DNA of 37,789 nt, taken from an uncultured Opitutales bacterium. GTDB taxonomy: Bacteria; Verrucomicrobiota; Verrucomicrobiia; Opitutales; UBA2995. The stretch spans positions 1-37,789 of the forward strand of contig CALGUT010000457.1 in NCBI GenBank assembly GCA_937920335.1. Reading direction: 5' to 3'. The position numbers and the translations under genes are program-made. Below are positions 1 through 7,418 of the stretch, in pieces (within the stretch, counting starts at the first letter, position 1; each line of letters starts with the position of its first letter). The notes below the pieces were generated by a model. That model made no database searches, had not been told where the DNA came from, and was given only the letters and a program-made list of their open reading frames with translations.

Positions 1-57
1 TTCAACGTCGGTGAGGGCCGACTTGATCGCGGCAAATACAGTTTCTTTATCGTTCAT
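1..57 (-). CDS. lutC: LutC/YkgG (LUD domain) lactate utilization protein C, 5' end only (runs off window)
   Basis: Manual translation of 57..1 gives MNDKETVFAAIKSALTDVE, resembling LutC N-termini. Position follows lutA-lutB in the same orientation. Only 19 codons are visible. Confidence 0.6.
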   Translation of the reverse strand, partial: MNDKETVFAAIKSALTDVE

Positions 58-88
58 GAGTCCAGGAAAATTGTACAAAAATAGATGA

Positions 89-119
89 TTACCGCTTATA
101 CTCGCTAATGTGAGCTTAT
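89..119 (+). repeat. Left inverted end of GxxExxY cassette (three CGCTTAT-like units)
   Basis: TTACCGCTTATACTCGCTAATGTGAGCTTAT. ACCGCTTATA (91-100) is the exact reverse complement of TATAAGCGGT (768-777). Confidence 0.75.
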
Positions 120-174
120 CATCGAGAAGACGGGATGAATTTTTTTAAGATAAAACGCCGCCATTCCACCAGTG

Positions 175-222
175 TTCCGGTCTGCTGAGCATCCGGTCTT
201 GTCGCCACTTCGTGTCTCGGAA
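175..222. mobile_element. 48-nt palindromic mini-insertion, copy A (in-frame)
   Basis: TTCCG...CGGAA termini. 40/48 identical to 578-625. Removal converts NFGPNVPRHEVATRPDAQQTGTLVEW to NFGPNALVEW. Confidence 0.8.
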
Positions 223-330
223 CATTCGGACCGAAATTGATAAGATAGCCTACTGCCTTCTTTGTTATGTGCATATAGTTCATAATTTGTTGTTCGTGGC
301 TCGAGTCCAAAATTTTAACCGCCTTTAGCG

Positions 331-463
331 GTCCGATATCTCCCCAAGATGAAAAGTGTCGCTACGCTCGATTCGGTCATGTCGTCGGTCCCCTCCTCGG
401 AAAAGTGACAATTGAGAATATAATATCTAAAAACACAATGTTATGATGTCGCTACACTCGGAA
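331..463. mobile_element. 133-135-nt composite insertion with related termini
   Basis: GTCCG (331-335) ... CTCGGAA (457-463) termini. Internal near-duplicate TGTCGCTAC(G/A)CTCG at 357-370 and 447-460. It separates PDLLV from LKAVK and carries an in-frame stop. Confidence 0.7.
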
Positions 464-577
464 CTCTACACACTAACAGGTCAGGTATATATTTCTTTCT
501 CAGGCATTGCCCTTTATAATATACCTCAAGCTCGTTCTTCGAAGAAAATGGTATTCCTCTCAAACCTAACTCAATTG

Positions 578-625
578 TTCCGGCCTGCAATGCACCCGGT
601 CTTGTCGGCACTGCGTTTCTCGGAA
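578..625. mobile_element. 48-nt palindromic mini-insertion, copy B (in-frame)
   Basis: TTCCG...CGGAA termini. Removal converts YQESLVPRNAVPTRPGALQAGTIELG to YQESLAIELG. Confidence 0.8.
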
Positions 626-748
626 CCAAGCTCTCCTGATACAGTTCCTCGCTCAATCCACCTCCAAGCTCTTTGTGTACCTCAAACGCCGCCCCCATCA
701 AGGAATACCCCTCAGATCCAAGAAACTCTTTGTTCTCTAACATGATTT

Positions 749-780
749 TAAGCGTAAGTTCAGCGGCTATAAGCGGTTAA
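749..780 (-). repeat. Right inverted end of GxxExxY cassette, overlapping the lutB stop codon
   Basis: Minus strand reads TTAACCGCTTATAGCCGCTGAACTTACGCTTA, three CGCT units. Its TAA is the lutB stop (777-779). Confidence 0.75.
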
Positions 781-2189
781 ACCTCCGATCGGTCAGCTTT
801 CTTTCTTTGTTTAAGCCATTTGCGGAATTGGCCGCCTTGCCAGGCAGGCAGGGTGCGGTCCTTGAGCCAGGTTTGCATGGAGGGAACGGGAACCATCGAC
901 TTGGGAAATACATTCATGAGGTGTCCGCCTTTGAGTGCCAAACTCCACGCAGTGGGACTACTCGCCATGGTGGACCAGGCGCCCATGGGTGGGGCGGAGA
1001 TCTTGGACATGGGTGCATTCGCTTCTTTCCCACGGTAGCGCAGTTTAAGTAACAGGTCTGGAATCGGGATATTGACAGGGCAGACTTCGTTGCAAGCACC
1101 ACATAAACTGGAAGCTTTGGGTAAGTCAGCCAACTCTGGGAATCCTTCTTTGCCCACAAGATTGGGAGCCAAAACCGCACCGATCGGCCCCGGATAGGTA
1201 TGACGGTAGGCATGCCCGGAAGCTTGGCGAAAGACGGGGCACACATTCAAACAGGCTCCGCATCGAATACAGTGCAGTGCTTCCCGGCAATCGGATGCCA
1301 GGGTTTCCGTGCGGCCATTATCCACGAATACCACGTGCATCTGCTCAGGGCCTTCCGGCTGATTTTCCGAACGAGGACCGCTCATAAACTCGGTATACAC
1401 CGACCAATGTTGAGCCGTTGATGAGCGGGCCAGCAGATTCAAGTAAAGTGTCAGATCCTCATCGGTCGGGATGATCTTCTCAATTCCCACCACGGCGATG
1501 TAGACTTTGGCGCCAGCCAAACCAAAACGACAATTCCCTTCGTTGGTGACCACGACTACGCGTCCTGATTCGGCCGAAACAAAATTTCCCCCGGACATGG
1601 TGCCGGTGGATGAGAGGTATTTTTCGCGAAGAAATTTCCGGGCCTGCCGTGTTAAGGTTTGTGGATCTTCGGTATACTCCCCTAGCCCATGCTGTTTAAA
1701 GGTCTCGGCGACCTGTCGCTTGTTTTTGTGAATGATGGGTGTCACAATATGACTGGGGTGATCGTTATCGAGCTGCACGACAAACTCCCCGAGGTCACTC
1801 TCCCACACTTCGATATCATTCTCCTCCATGAGCCCGCGCATATCAAGCTCTTCCGTGACCATGCTCTTGGATTTACAAAAACGGGTAACCCCATTCTTTT
1901 TATAAATATCCACGATCTGGGTACGGGCTGACTCCACCGTACTGGCGAAGTGCACCTGCACCCCATTGGATTCCATTTTCGTAACCGTCTGCTCCAAATA
2001 CTCATCAAGATGACTGATGGTATGGCGCTTAAGCTCCCCGGCCCACTCGCGCAGCTTATTCGCCTCCGGGAAATCCCCAAACAATACGTTCTTCCGGCCT
2101 TCGATACGACCCTTGGTCGCTTTATGAATAGCCGCGTTAACTTCAGGATTCAGTTCCTTGGCAAATTGATCTATAGGTTGAAGAGGCAT
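777..2189 (-). CDS. lutB: LutB/LldF iron-sulfur L-lactate utilization protein
   Basis: 470 aa. KSKSMVTEE, ESDLGEF..QL...PSHIVTP, CIRCGACLNVCP and SLCGACNEVCPVNI ferredoxin-type motifs. Confidence 0.93.
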   Translation of the reverse strand: MPLQPIDQFAKELNPEVNAAIHKATKGRIEGRKNVLFGDFPEANKLREWAGELKRHTISHLDEYLEQTVTKMESNGVQVHFASTVESARTQIVDIYKKNGVTRFCKSKSMVTEELDMRGLMEENDIEVWESDLGEFVVQLDNDHPSHIVTPIIHKNKRQVAETFKQHGLGEYTEDPQTLTRQARKFLREKYLSSTGTMSGGNFVSAESGRVVVVTNEGNCRFGLAGAKVYIAVVGIEKIIPTDEDLTLYLNLLARSSTAQHWSVYTEFMSGPRSENQPEGPEQMHVVFVDNGRTETLASDCREALHCIRCGACLNVCPVFRQASGHAYRHTYPGPIGAVLAPNLVGKEGFPELADLPKASSLCGACNEVCPVNIPIPDLLLKLRYRGKEANAPMSKISAPPMGAWSTMASSPTAWSLALKGGHLMNVFPKSMVPVPSMQTWLKDRTLPAWQGGQFRKWLKQRKKADRSEV

Positions 2190-2194
2190 TTTTT

Positions 2195-2693
2195 TTAGAA
2201 GTGAGAAGCGAGGAGATAGTAGTTAGAAACCATAAGTGAAAAGGCACTGATCACAAGTGGTTAGTGATGAAGGATAGGGTTATCGCGCAAAGACGCAGAG
2301 GCGCAACGGAGGGAGAAAAGGTTAAGAGGTAGGGCAATTGCGTCCCCACAATGCCGGTTGGAGCCAGAAAGAATTTCAATCTTGTTCGTGATCATGGTCG
2401 TAATCGTTGTCGATGGTAGGCGTAAGTAGATAAAATTACTTAAAGTATGGGTTATCGCGCAAAGACGCAGAGGCGCAAAGGTTAATCAGTAGGGCGAAAA
2501 ATGACTTAGGATCGGTTGGCTTAACCACGAAGGACACGGAGAAACACGAAGCTTTAGATTAATGGGTAGGGCAATTGCGTCCCCGCAATGCCGGGTTATA
2601 GTGCGGCTCCGCCGCGGTTAAAATCGTTATCCTGATCATGGTCGTAATCGTAATCGATAGTAAACATTTCGGTGGTGAATGGTAAACAAGAAG
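2195..2693 (+). repeat. Mosaic intergenic array of several short repeat families
   Basis: A (30 nt, identical) 2277-2306 and 2449-2478. B (30 nt, 1 mismatch) 2328-2357 and 2565-2594. C (19-nt identical core) 2389-2407 and 2633-2651. Single periodic units at 2195-2229, 2521-2551 and 2673-2693. Hairpins at 2245-2266 and 2603-2615. Confidence 0.9.
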
Positions 2694-2732
2694 GCGTTAA
2701 TAACTAAATAGATGGGATCAATAAGCTACTCA

Positions 2733-3515
2733 CTACTGGCTACTCGATTCTGACTTCTGATCGGGTTCTCCGATCAATGCATCTCTCAGAACCTGAGCAA
2801 TGTGCGTAACCGGATAAGGCAGTCCCTCTTTTTCGGCGAGTCCCTTTTGGTGCATGAGACAACTCATGTCTGCCGATACAATAAGGTCTGGTTTATTGGC
2901 GGTGAGGTTGCCGATCTTAAGGTCGCCCATCGTCTTGGAAATATGCGGAAAGGTCACCGAGAAGGTTCCTCCAAAGCCGCAACACTGTTCAGGCTCGGAT
3001 ACCGCAATCAGTTCAACACCTGCGATCGATGACAGAAGCTGTTCCATCGCCGCTCCCGTTTGGGTGCCACGCGTATGACAGGAATGGTGCACAGCGATTT
3101 TGGCATCGAGCCGTCCCGGCCACGTTGCGATCCCCAAGCCATTTACGAGAAAATCAACCAGTTCCCAGGTCCGGTCGCCCAGCGCTTTTATCTCACCCAA
3201 ATCTGACTCTTTCTCAAACTCGAGAGGCGCTCCATGAAACATCATAGCCGCACAAGAACCGGACGGGACGATGACCGGTTTCTCACCGGCAAACACCGAC
3301 ACGGTATGCCGAACGACTTTCCGCGAGGCAATCCAGTCGCCACCGTTAAAAGCCGGTTGACCACAGCAGGTTTGGCCCTCCGGAAATTCAATGTCGCAGC
3401 CGACGTGGTCAAGTACTTCAACGGTCGCTTGAGCCACATCGGCGTAAAAGGCATCACACAAACAGGTGGCCATTAACTGGACCGACTTAGAAGAGGTTCG
3501 AGATTCGGATATCAT
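2733..3515 (-). CDS. lutA: LutA/YkgE (Fe-S)-binding lactate utilization protein
   Basis: Two CCG domains (QTCCGQPAFNGG, EQCCGFGGTFSV) plus SGSC and HHSCH. ATG at 3515 preferred over TTG at 3521. Confidence 0.92.
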   Translation of the reverse strand: MISESRTSSKSVQLMATCLCDAFYADVAQATVEVLDHVGCDIEFPEGQTCCGQPAFNGGDWIASRKVVRHTVSVFAGEKPVIVPSGSCAAMMFHGAPLEFEKESDLGEIKALGDRTWELVDFLVNGLGIATWPGRLDAKIAVHHSCHTRGTQTGAAMEQLLSSIAGVELIAVSEPEQCCGFGGTFSVTFPHISKTMGDLKIGNLTANKPDLIVSADMSCLMHQKGLAEKEGLPYPVTHIAQVLRDALIGEPDQKSESSSQ

Positions 3516-3634
3516 GAGCAAGAGATAGCATTAACCGCTTAGGACGCGACGGGCGCAAACACCCAATTAAACATAGGATTCCAAAAATCTCTGCCATGCA
3601 TCGTCAGCAAGCGAGGCATTTTTTCATCCATGGA

Positions 3635-5113
3635 TCAGTTTGTGATCATCGATTTAAGAAAGGCGATCGGTTCTTGCCAAACTGATGGATCAGAAGGGGC
3701 GAAGGTTTTCGTCTCAATCGAGTTTTCGACTAATCGACGACCCGCTGCCAATGAATCAATCACACCTGCTCCCCGAAGCTGCATCAGCACATTGCCCAAT
3801 GACGTGGCTTCGACTGGACCCGCATGAACCGGACAACCCAATGCATCTGCTATACACTGGTTTAAAAAGTCATTCTGACTGCCACCGCCCACTACGCGCA
3901 ACGCCGCCAGCGGACGCCCGGAGAGTTCGCTCAATTGATCGAACACGAGCCGATATTTACAGGCCAGACTGTCGAACACCGTTCGCAGGAGTTCTCCATG
4001 CGATTGCGGAACAGGCTGCTCCCGCTCGCGACAGAATGCCTGAATCCTCCCGGCCATCGGGCCCGGCCGGGCAAAGGTGTCAGCATCGGGATCGATAATG
4101 GATTGAAAGGGTGTCGAATCACGGGCCAGCTCGACCAAGGTATCGTACGAATAGTCTTCGCCTTCGCCTGCCCATTCTTCCTTGAGCTGCTCAACCAACC
4201 ACATGCCACAAATATTTTTCAAGAATCGGGTCGTTCCCTCTACCCCAGCCTCATTCGAGTAACTGGCAGCCAGCGTCGCCTCGTTGATCATCGGTTGATC
4301 CAGTTCGACGCCCATCAATGACCAGGTCCCAGAACTCAAGAAGGCGGGCGCAGCCTCACTCAAAGGAGCTCCCGCAACCGCCGACCCCGTATCGTGTCCT
4401 GCAACCGCAAAAACTGGAACCGCTCCCAAGCCTGTCTTTTCCTGTAGCTTGGGAAGGAGACTTCCGATGCGCGTTCCTGGCTCCGTGATCGGCTTAAACA
4501 AATGCTTCGGCAAATCGAGTGCCTCCAGTAACACCTCTGTCCAGGCACCGGTCCGCGGATTCAATAGCTGACTCGTGCTTGCCATGGAGCGCTCTTGTAT
4601 CTTTTCGCCGCACAACCAAAAGTTAAACAGATCCGGCATGAACAACAGGTCCGTTGCGGATCCGAAACGGCCTTCAGCAGATTCCTTTTCGGCAACCAGC
4701 TGATTGATCGTATTAAAAAACATGAACTGGATTCCGGTTTCCTCGTAGATCGTCTTCCGGGGTGTGGTTTTCTGGATACGCGCTTCGACGCCCTCCGTCC
4801 TGCCATCGCGATACATGTAGGGATTGCCGATCAATTTACCGGACGCATCCAGTAGCCCGTAGTCCACCCCCCAGGTATCGACACCGATCCCAGCCACTTG
4901 ATCACCAAACCGAACCTGCGCGCGTTTTAGGCCCTCCACCACATAGGAAAAGATGTCCTTCACGTCCCAGTAGTAAGACCCATTTTCCTCGAACCCTTTT
5001 GTCGGGAAGCGATTCAGTTCTTCGAGGACAATTTTTTCACCGTCTACAATAGCTGCCATGACACGACCGCTGGATGCACCAAGGTCGACAGCGAGGTAAA
5101 CTGAAGAAGCCAT
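3635..5113 (-). CDS. rhaB: Rhamnulokinase (FGGY family)
   Basis: LAVDLGASSGRV, GVDTWGVDY, GHDTGSAV, FLSSGTWSLMG, RFLKNICGMW. Rhamnose gene context. Confidence 0.93.
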   Translation of the reverse strand: MASSVYLAVDLGASSGRVMAAIVDGEKIVLEELNRFPTKGFEENGSYYWDVKDIFSYVVEGLKRAQVRFGDQVAGIGVDTWGVDYGLLDASGKLIGNPYMYRDGRTEGVEARIQKTTPRKTIYEETGIQFMFFNTINQLVAEKESAEGRFGSATDLLFMPDLFNFWLCGEKIQERSMASTSQLLNPRTGAWTEVLLEALDLPKHLFKPITEPGTRIGSLLPKLQEKTGLGAVPVFAVAGHDTGSAVAGAPLSEAAPAFLSSGTWSLMGVELDQPMINEATLAASYSNEAGVEGTTRFLKNICGMWLVEQLKEEWAGEGEDYSYDTLVELARDSTPFQSIIDPDADTFARPGPMAGRIQAFCREREQPVPQSHGELLRTVFDSLACKYRLVFDQLSELSGRPLAALRVVGGGSQNDFLNQCIADALGCPVHAGPVEATSLGNVLMQLRGAGVIDSLAAGRRLVENSIETKTFAPSDPSVWQEPIAFLKSMITN

Positions 5114-5182
5114 GAGATGGAGATAAAAGGTTAAAACTTAAAGGGAAAAGGTGAAGGGGTAATTGATTGAAGAAACATCACT

Positions 5183-7372
5183 CTATCTCAAAAACCCATC
5201 CGCCAATCCACCGTCCACCGGAATGACATGGCCTGTGGTTTTCGATAGCTGGTTCGTGAGCAACAAATAAGCGGCTTCGGCCTGATCTGCTGGTGTGATG
5301 GGCGACTGAGTCAACGTCCGCTGAGCGTAGAATTCGGCCAACTTGTTGCGCAAGCTGTCATCGTCGTCCCCTTCATCAAACTCAATATCGTACTTTACAA
5401 GCGAAGAGATCACCCGATCCCTGGGAAACATGGTGCTTCCTTTAACAACCGTGGCGGGAGCGATGGCATTCACCCGGATTTGCGGAGACAGCTCGATTGC
5501 CAGTTCCCTGACCAGGTGATTGGCTGCCGCCTTACTCGTATCGTAGGCCACACTGCCCTTCTTCGCGACGACTGCATTGGCACTCGTCGTCAATACGACA
5601 TTGCCACTCAGCCCTTGTGGATCAAAGACGTGCTGCTTCATTGCATCGACCACGATGTAGCTACCCTTAACATTAATATCAAACGTCTGGCTAAACCGGT
5701 CGTCCGCAATGTGGCCTGTTTTGTCAGGCGGCACAAATATGCCGGCGGTCACGACGACCGAATCGACGCCCCCGTAGGCTAAAATCGCTGTTTCGATCAT
5801 CGCTTCCACGGAATCCCGGTTGGTGATATCGACCGGAGCACTGAGTGCCGGTCCACAGGAAGACACTCCACTACCGGCAACGCCGATTCCCTCACCATGT
5901 TTCGCTGTAATACCTTCCACGGTAGACTCTGCAGCCGTTTCACTCAAATCTGCGGCAACCACATGGGCACCTTCGGGAACAATGCGTTCGGCTATCTCGC
6001 GCCCGATGCCATTTCCGGCACCGATGACCGCAACAACCTGACGAGCCAAGGATTGCTCCGGCGGCATGCGGCGGAGCTTTGCTTCTTCCAACTGCCAGTA
6101 TTCGATATCAAATGCTTCCTGCTCAGGTAATCCACGATAACGGTCAACCGCCTCGGCACCCCGCATCACTTCGATCGCACAATTGTAAAATTCAGCCGTT
6201 ACCCGTGATTCACTCTTATTCTTACCCCAGGCGATCATGCCCAGACCCGGAATCAACACAACCGTCGGAACTGCAGCGCGGATCGCTGGCGAATCCTCAC
6301 GCTTACAGCGGTTGTAATACGCTTGGTAATCCTCGACGTATTTCACCAGCCCGTCTTCGATTTTGCCTTTCAGCTGATCAAAGGACTCGGTGGCGGCATC
6401 CCAATCAACATAGAGCGGCTTAATCTTGGTTCTTAAAAAGTGATCCGGACAACTCGTCCCCAGCTCCGCCAGACGGGGAGCATCGTGGGAATTCACGAAC
6501 TGCATCATTCCCTCATCCGTCTGGATAGTCCCAATGAAACGTTGCTCCTGCGATACTTTACCACGGAGCCACGGCAACAGCTTCACCAAATAATCTCGTC
6601 GTTGCGATTCCGATACATGGCTGTATTTCATCCCACCAAAGGCAGGTTTTCCCTCGGCAGCCTTCTCGATAAACAAAGAGGCCCGCTCAATTAGATCCAA
6701 GGTCAAATTGTAACAGGCCTTGTCATCGTCTGCCCAGTTAATGACACCGTGCTGCCCCATCATGATCGATGAGCATCCAGGATGGGCCGCGATCACGTCC
6801 CGGTAGGACAATCCAAGGTCAAACCCCGGTCGCTGCCATTCAGTCCAGACCATGTCGTCGCCGTAGATTTCCTGGGTCAGCTCTTTACCCCGCTCTGCTG
6901 CGGCGATCGCGATCACCATATTCGGGTGCATATGGTCTACATGACGTCCCGGAATGAAGGCATGGAGCGGAGTATCAATGGATGAAGCCCGCGGATTCAG
7001 CCCGTAGGTGCAATGCTTATACATGGCGACCATCTCGTCCTCGATGTCAGTCTTCACGCCGGAGACCGGCGCGTCTTGGTAGATCTTCTCCAGACTAAAC
7101 ACCTTGTCCATGTAGAGTGACGAAAAGTTCTCCGCCTTCGACGTGCGCAGATCACCCCCCGAGCCTTTTACCCACAACACATCCACGTCGCCGCCGGTGA
7201 GCGGGTCGGTTTCGAATGCTTTACTGGAGGTATTACCACCTCCAGTATTCGTGATGCGCTGATCTGAACCCAGGATATTGGACCGGTAGGTAAGCCGCTG
7301 CAGAGGCGTCATGCCTTGAACGACCGAATCGTCCCACAAATAGTTCACATGTTTATAATTTGATGCAGTCAT
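5183..7372 (-). CDS. rhaD: Bifunctional rhamnulose-1-phosphate aldolase / short-chain (lactaldehyde) dehydrogenase, RhaEW/YuxG type
   Basis: N-terminal class II aldolase (TNTGGGNTSSK, SIDTPLH, HVDHMHP, GTSCPDHFLRTK) fused to an SDR (GAGNGIG, YDTSK). Confidence 0.92.
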   Translation of the reverse strand: MTASNYKHVNYLWDDSVVQGMTPLQRLTYRSNILGSDQRITNTGGGNTSSKAFETDPLTGGDVDVLWVKGSGGDLRTSKAENFSSLYMDKVFSLEKIYQDAPVSGVKTDIEDEMVAMYKHCTYGLNPRASSIDTPLHAFIPGRHVDHMHPNMVIAIAAAERGKELTQEIYGDDMVWTEWQRPGFDLGLSYRDVIAAHPGCSSIMMGQHGVINWADDDKACYNLTLDLIERASLFIEKAAEGKPAFGGMKYSHVSESQRRDYLVKLLPWLRGKVSQEQRFIGTIQTDEGMMQFVNSHDAPRLAELGTSCPDHFLRTKIKPLYVDWDAATESFDQLKGKIEDGLVKYVEDYQAYYNRCKREDSPAIRAAVPTVVLIPGLGMIAWGKNKSESRVTAEFYNCAIEVMRGAEAVDRYRGLPEQEAFDIEYWQLEEAKLRRMPPEQSLARQVVAVIGAGNGIGREIAERIVPEGAHVVAADLSETAAESTVEGITAKHGEGIGVAGSGVSSCGPALSAPVDITNRDSVEAMIETAILAYGGVDSVVVTAGIFVPPDKTGHIADDRFSQTFDINVKGSYIVVDAMKQHVFDPQGLSGNVVLTTSANAVVAKKGSVAYDTSKAAANHLVRELAIELSPQIRVNAIAPATVVKGSTMFPRDRVISSLVKYDIEFDEGDDDDSLRNKLAEFYAQRTLTQSPITPADQAEAAYLLLTNQLSKTTGHVIPVDGGLADGFLR

Positions 7373-7418
7373 AGTCTAGAATTGAGAAATGAGGTTTGAG
7401 AAGCGTTATTAAAAGGGT

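Larger units (their letters stand above)
119..743 (-). pseudogene. GxxExxY protein (PD-(D/E)xK nuclease-like), split by three short insertions
   Basis: ORF 441..743 has GAAFEVHKELGGGLSEELYQ (G-L-S-E-E-L-Y motif) and YKG...PDLLV. ORF 119..310 plus upstream codons give LKAVKILDSSHEQQIMNY...GYLINFG, the family C-terminal half. A stop at 441-443 lies inside the central insertion. Confidence 0.9.

Noticed and set aside
175-625. Group I/II intron, intein or IS element in the GxxExxY gene
   Set aside because: The inserts are far too short and have no recognisable ribozyme core, intein motifs, transposase or target-site duplication.
443-745. Plus-strand 100-aa ORF and the many other short ORFs overlapping long genes
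   Set aside because: Shadow frames opposite or inside well-supported genes, with no motifs.
2277-2662. CRISPR array
   Set aside because: The ~30-nt repeats belong to several unrelated families with only two copies each and irregular spacing. No cas genes are present.
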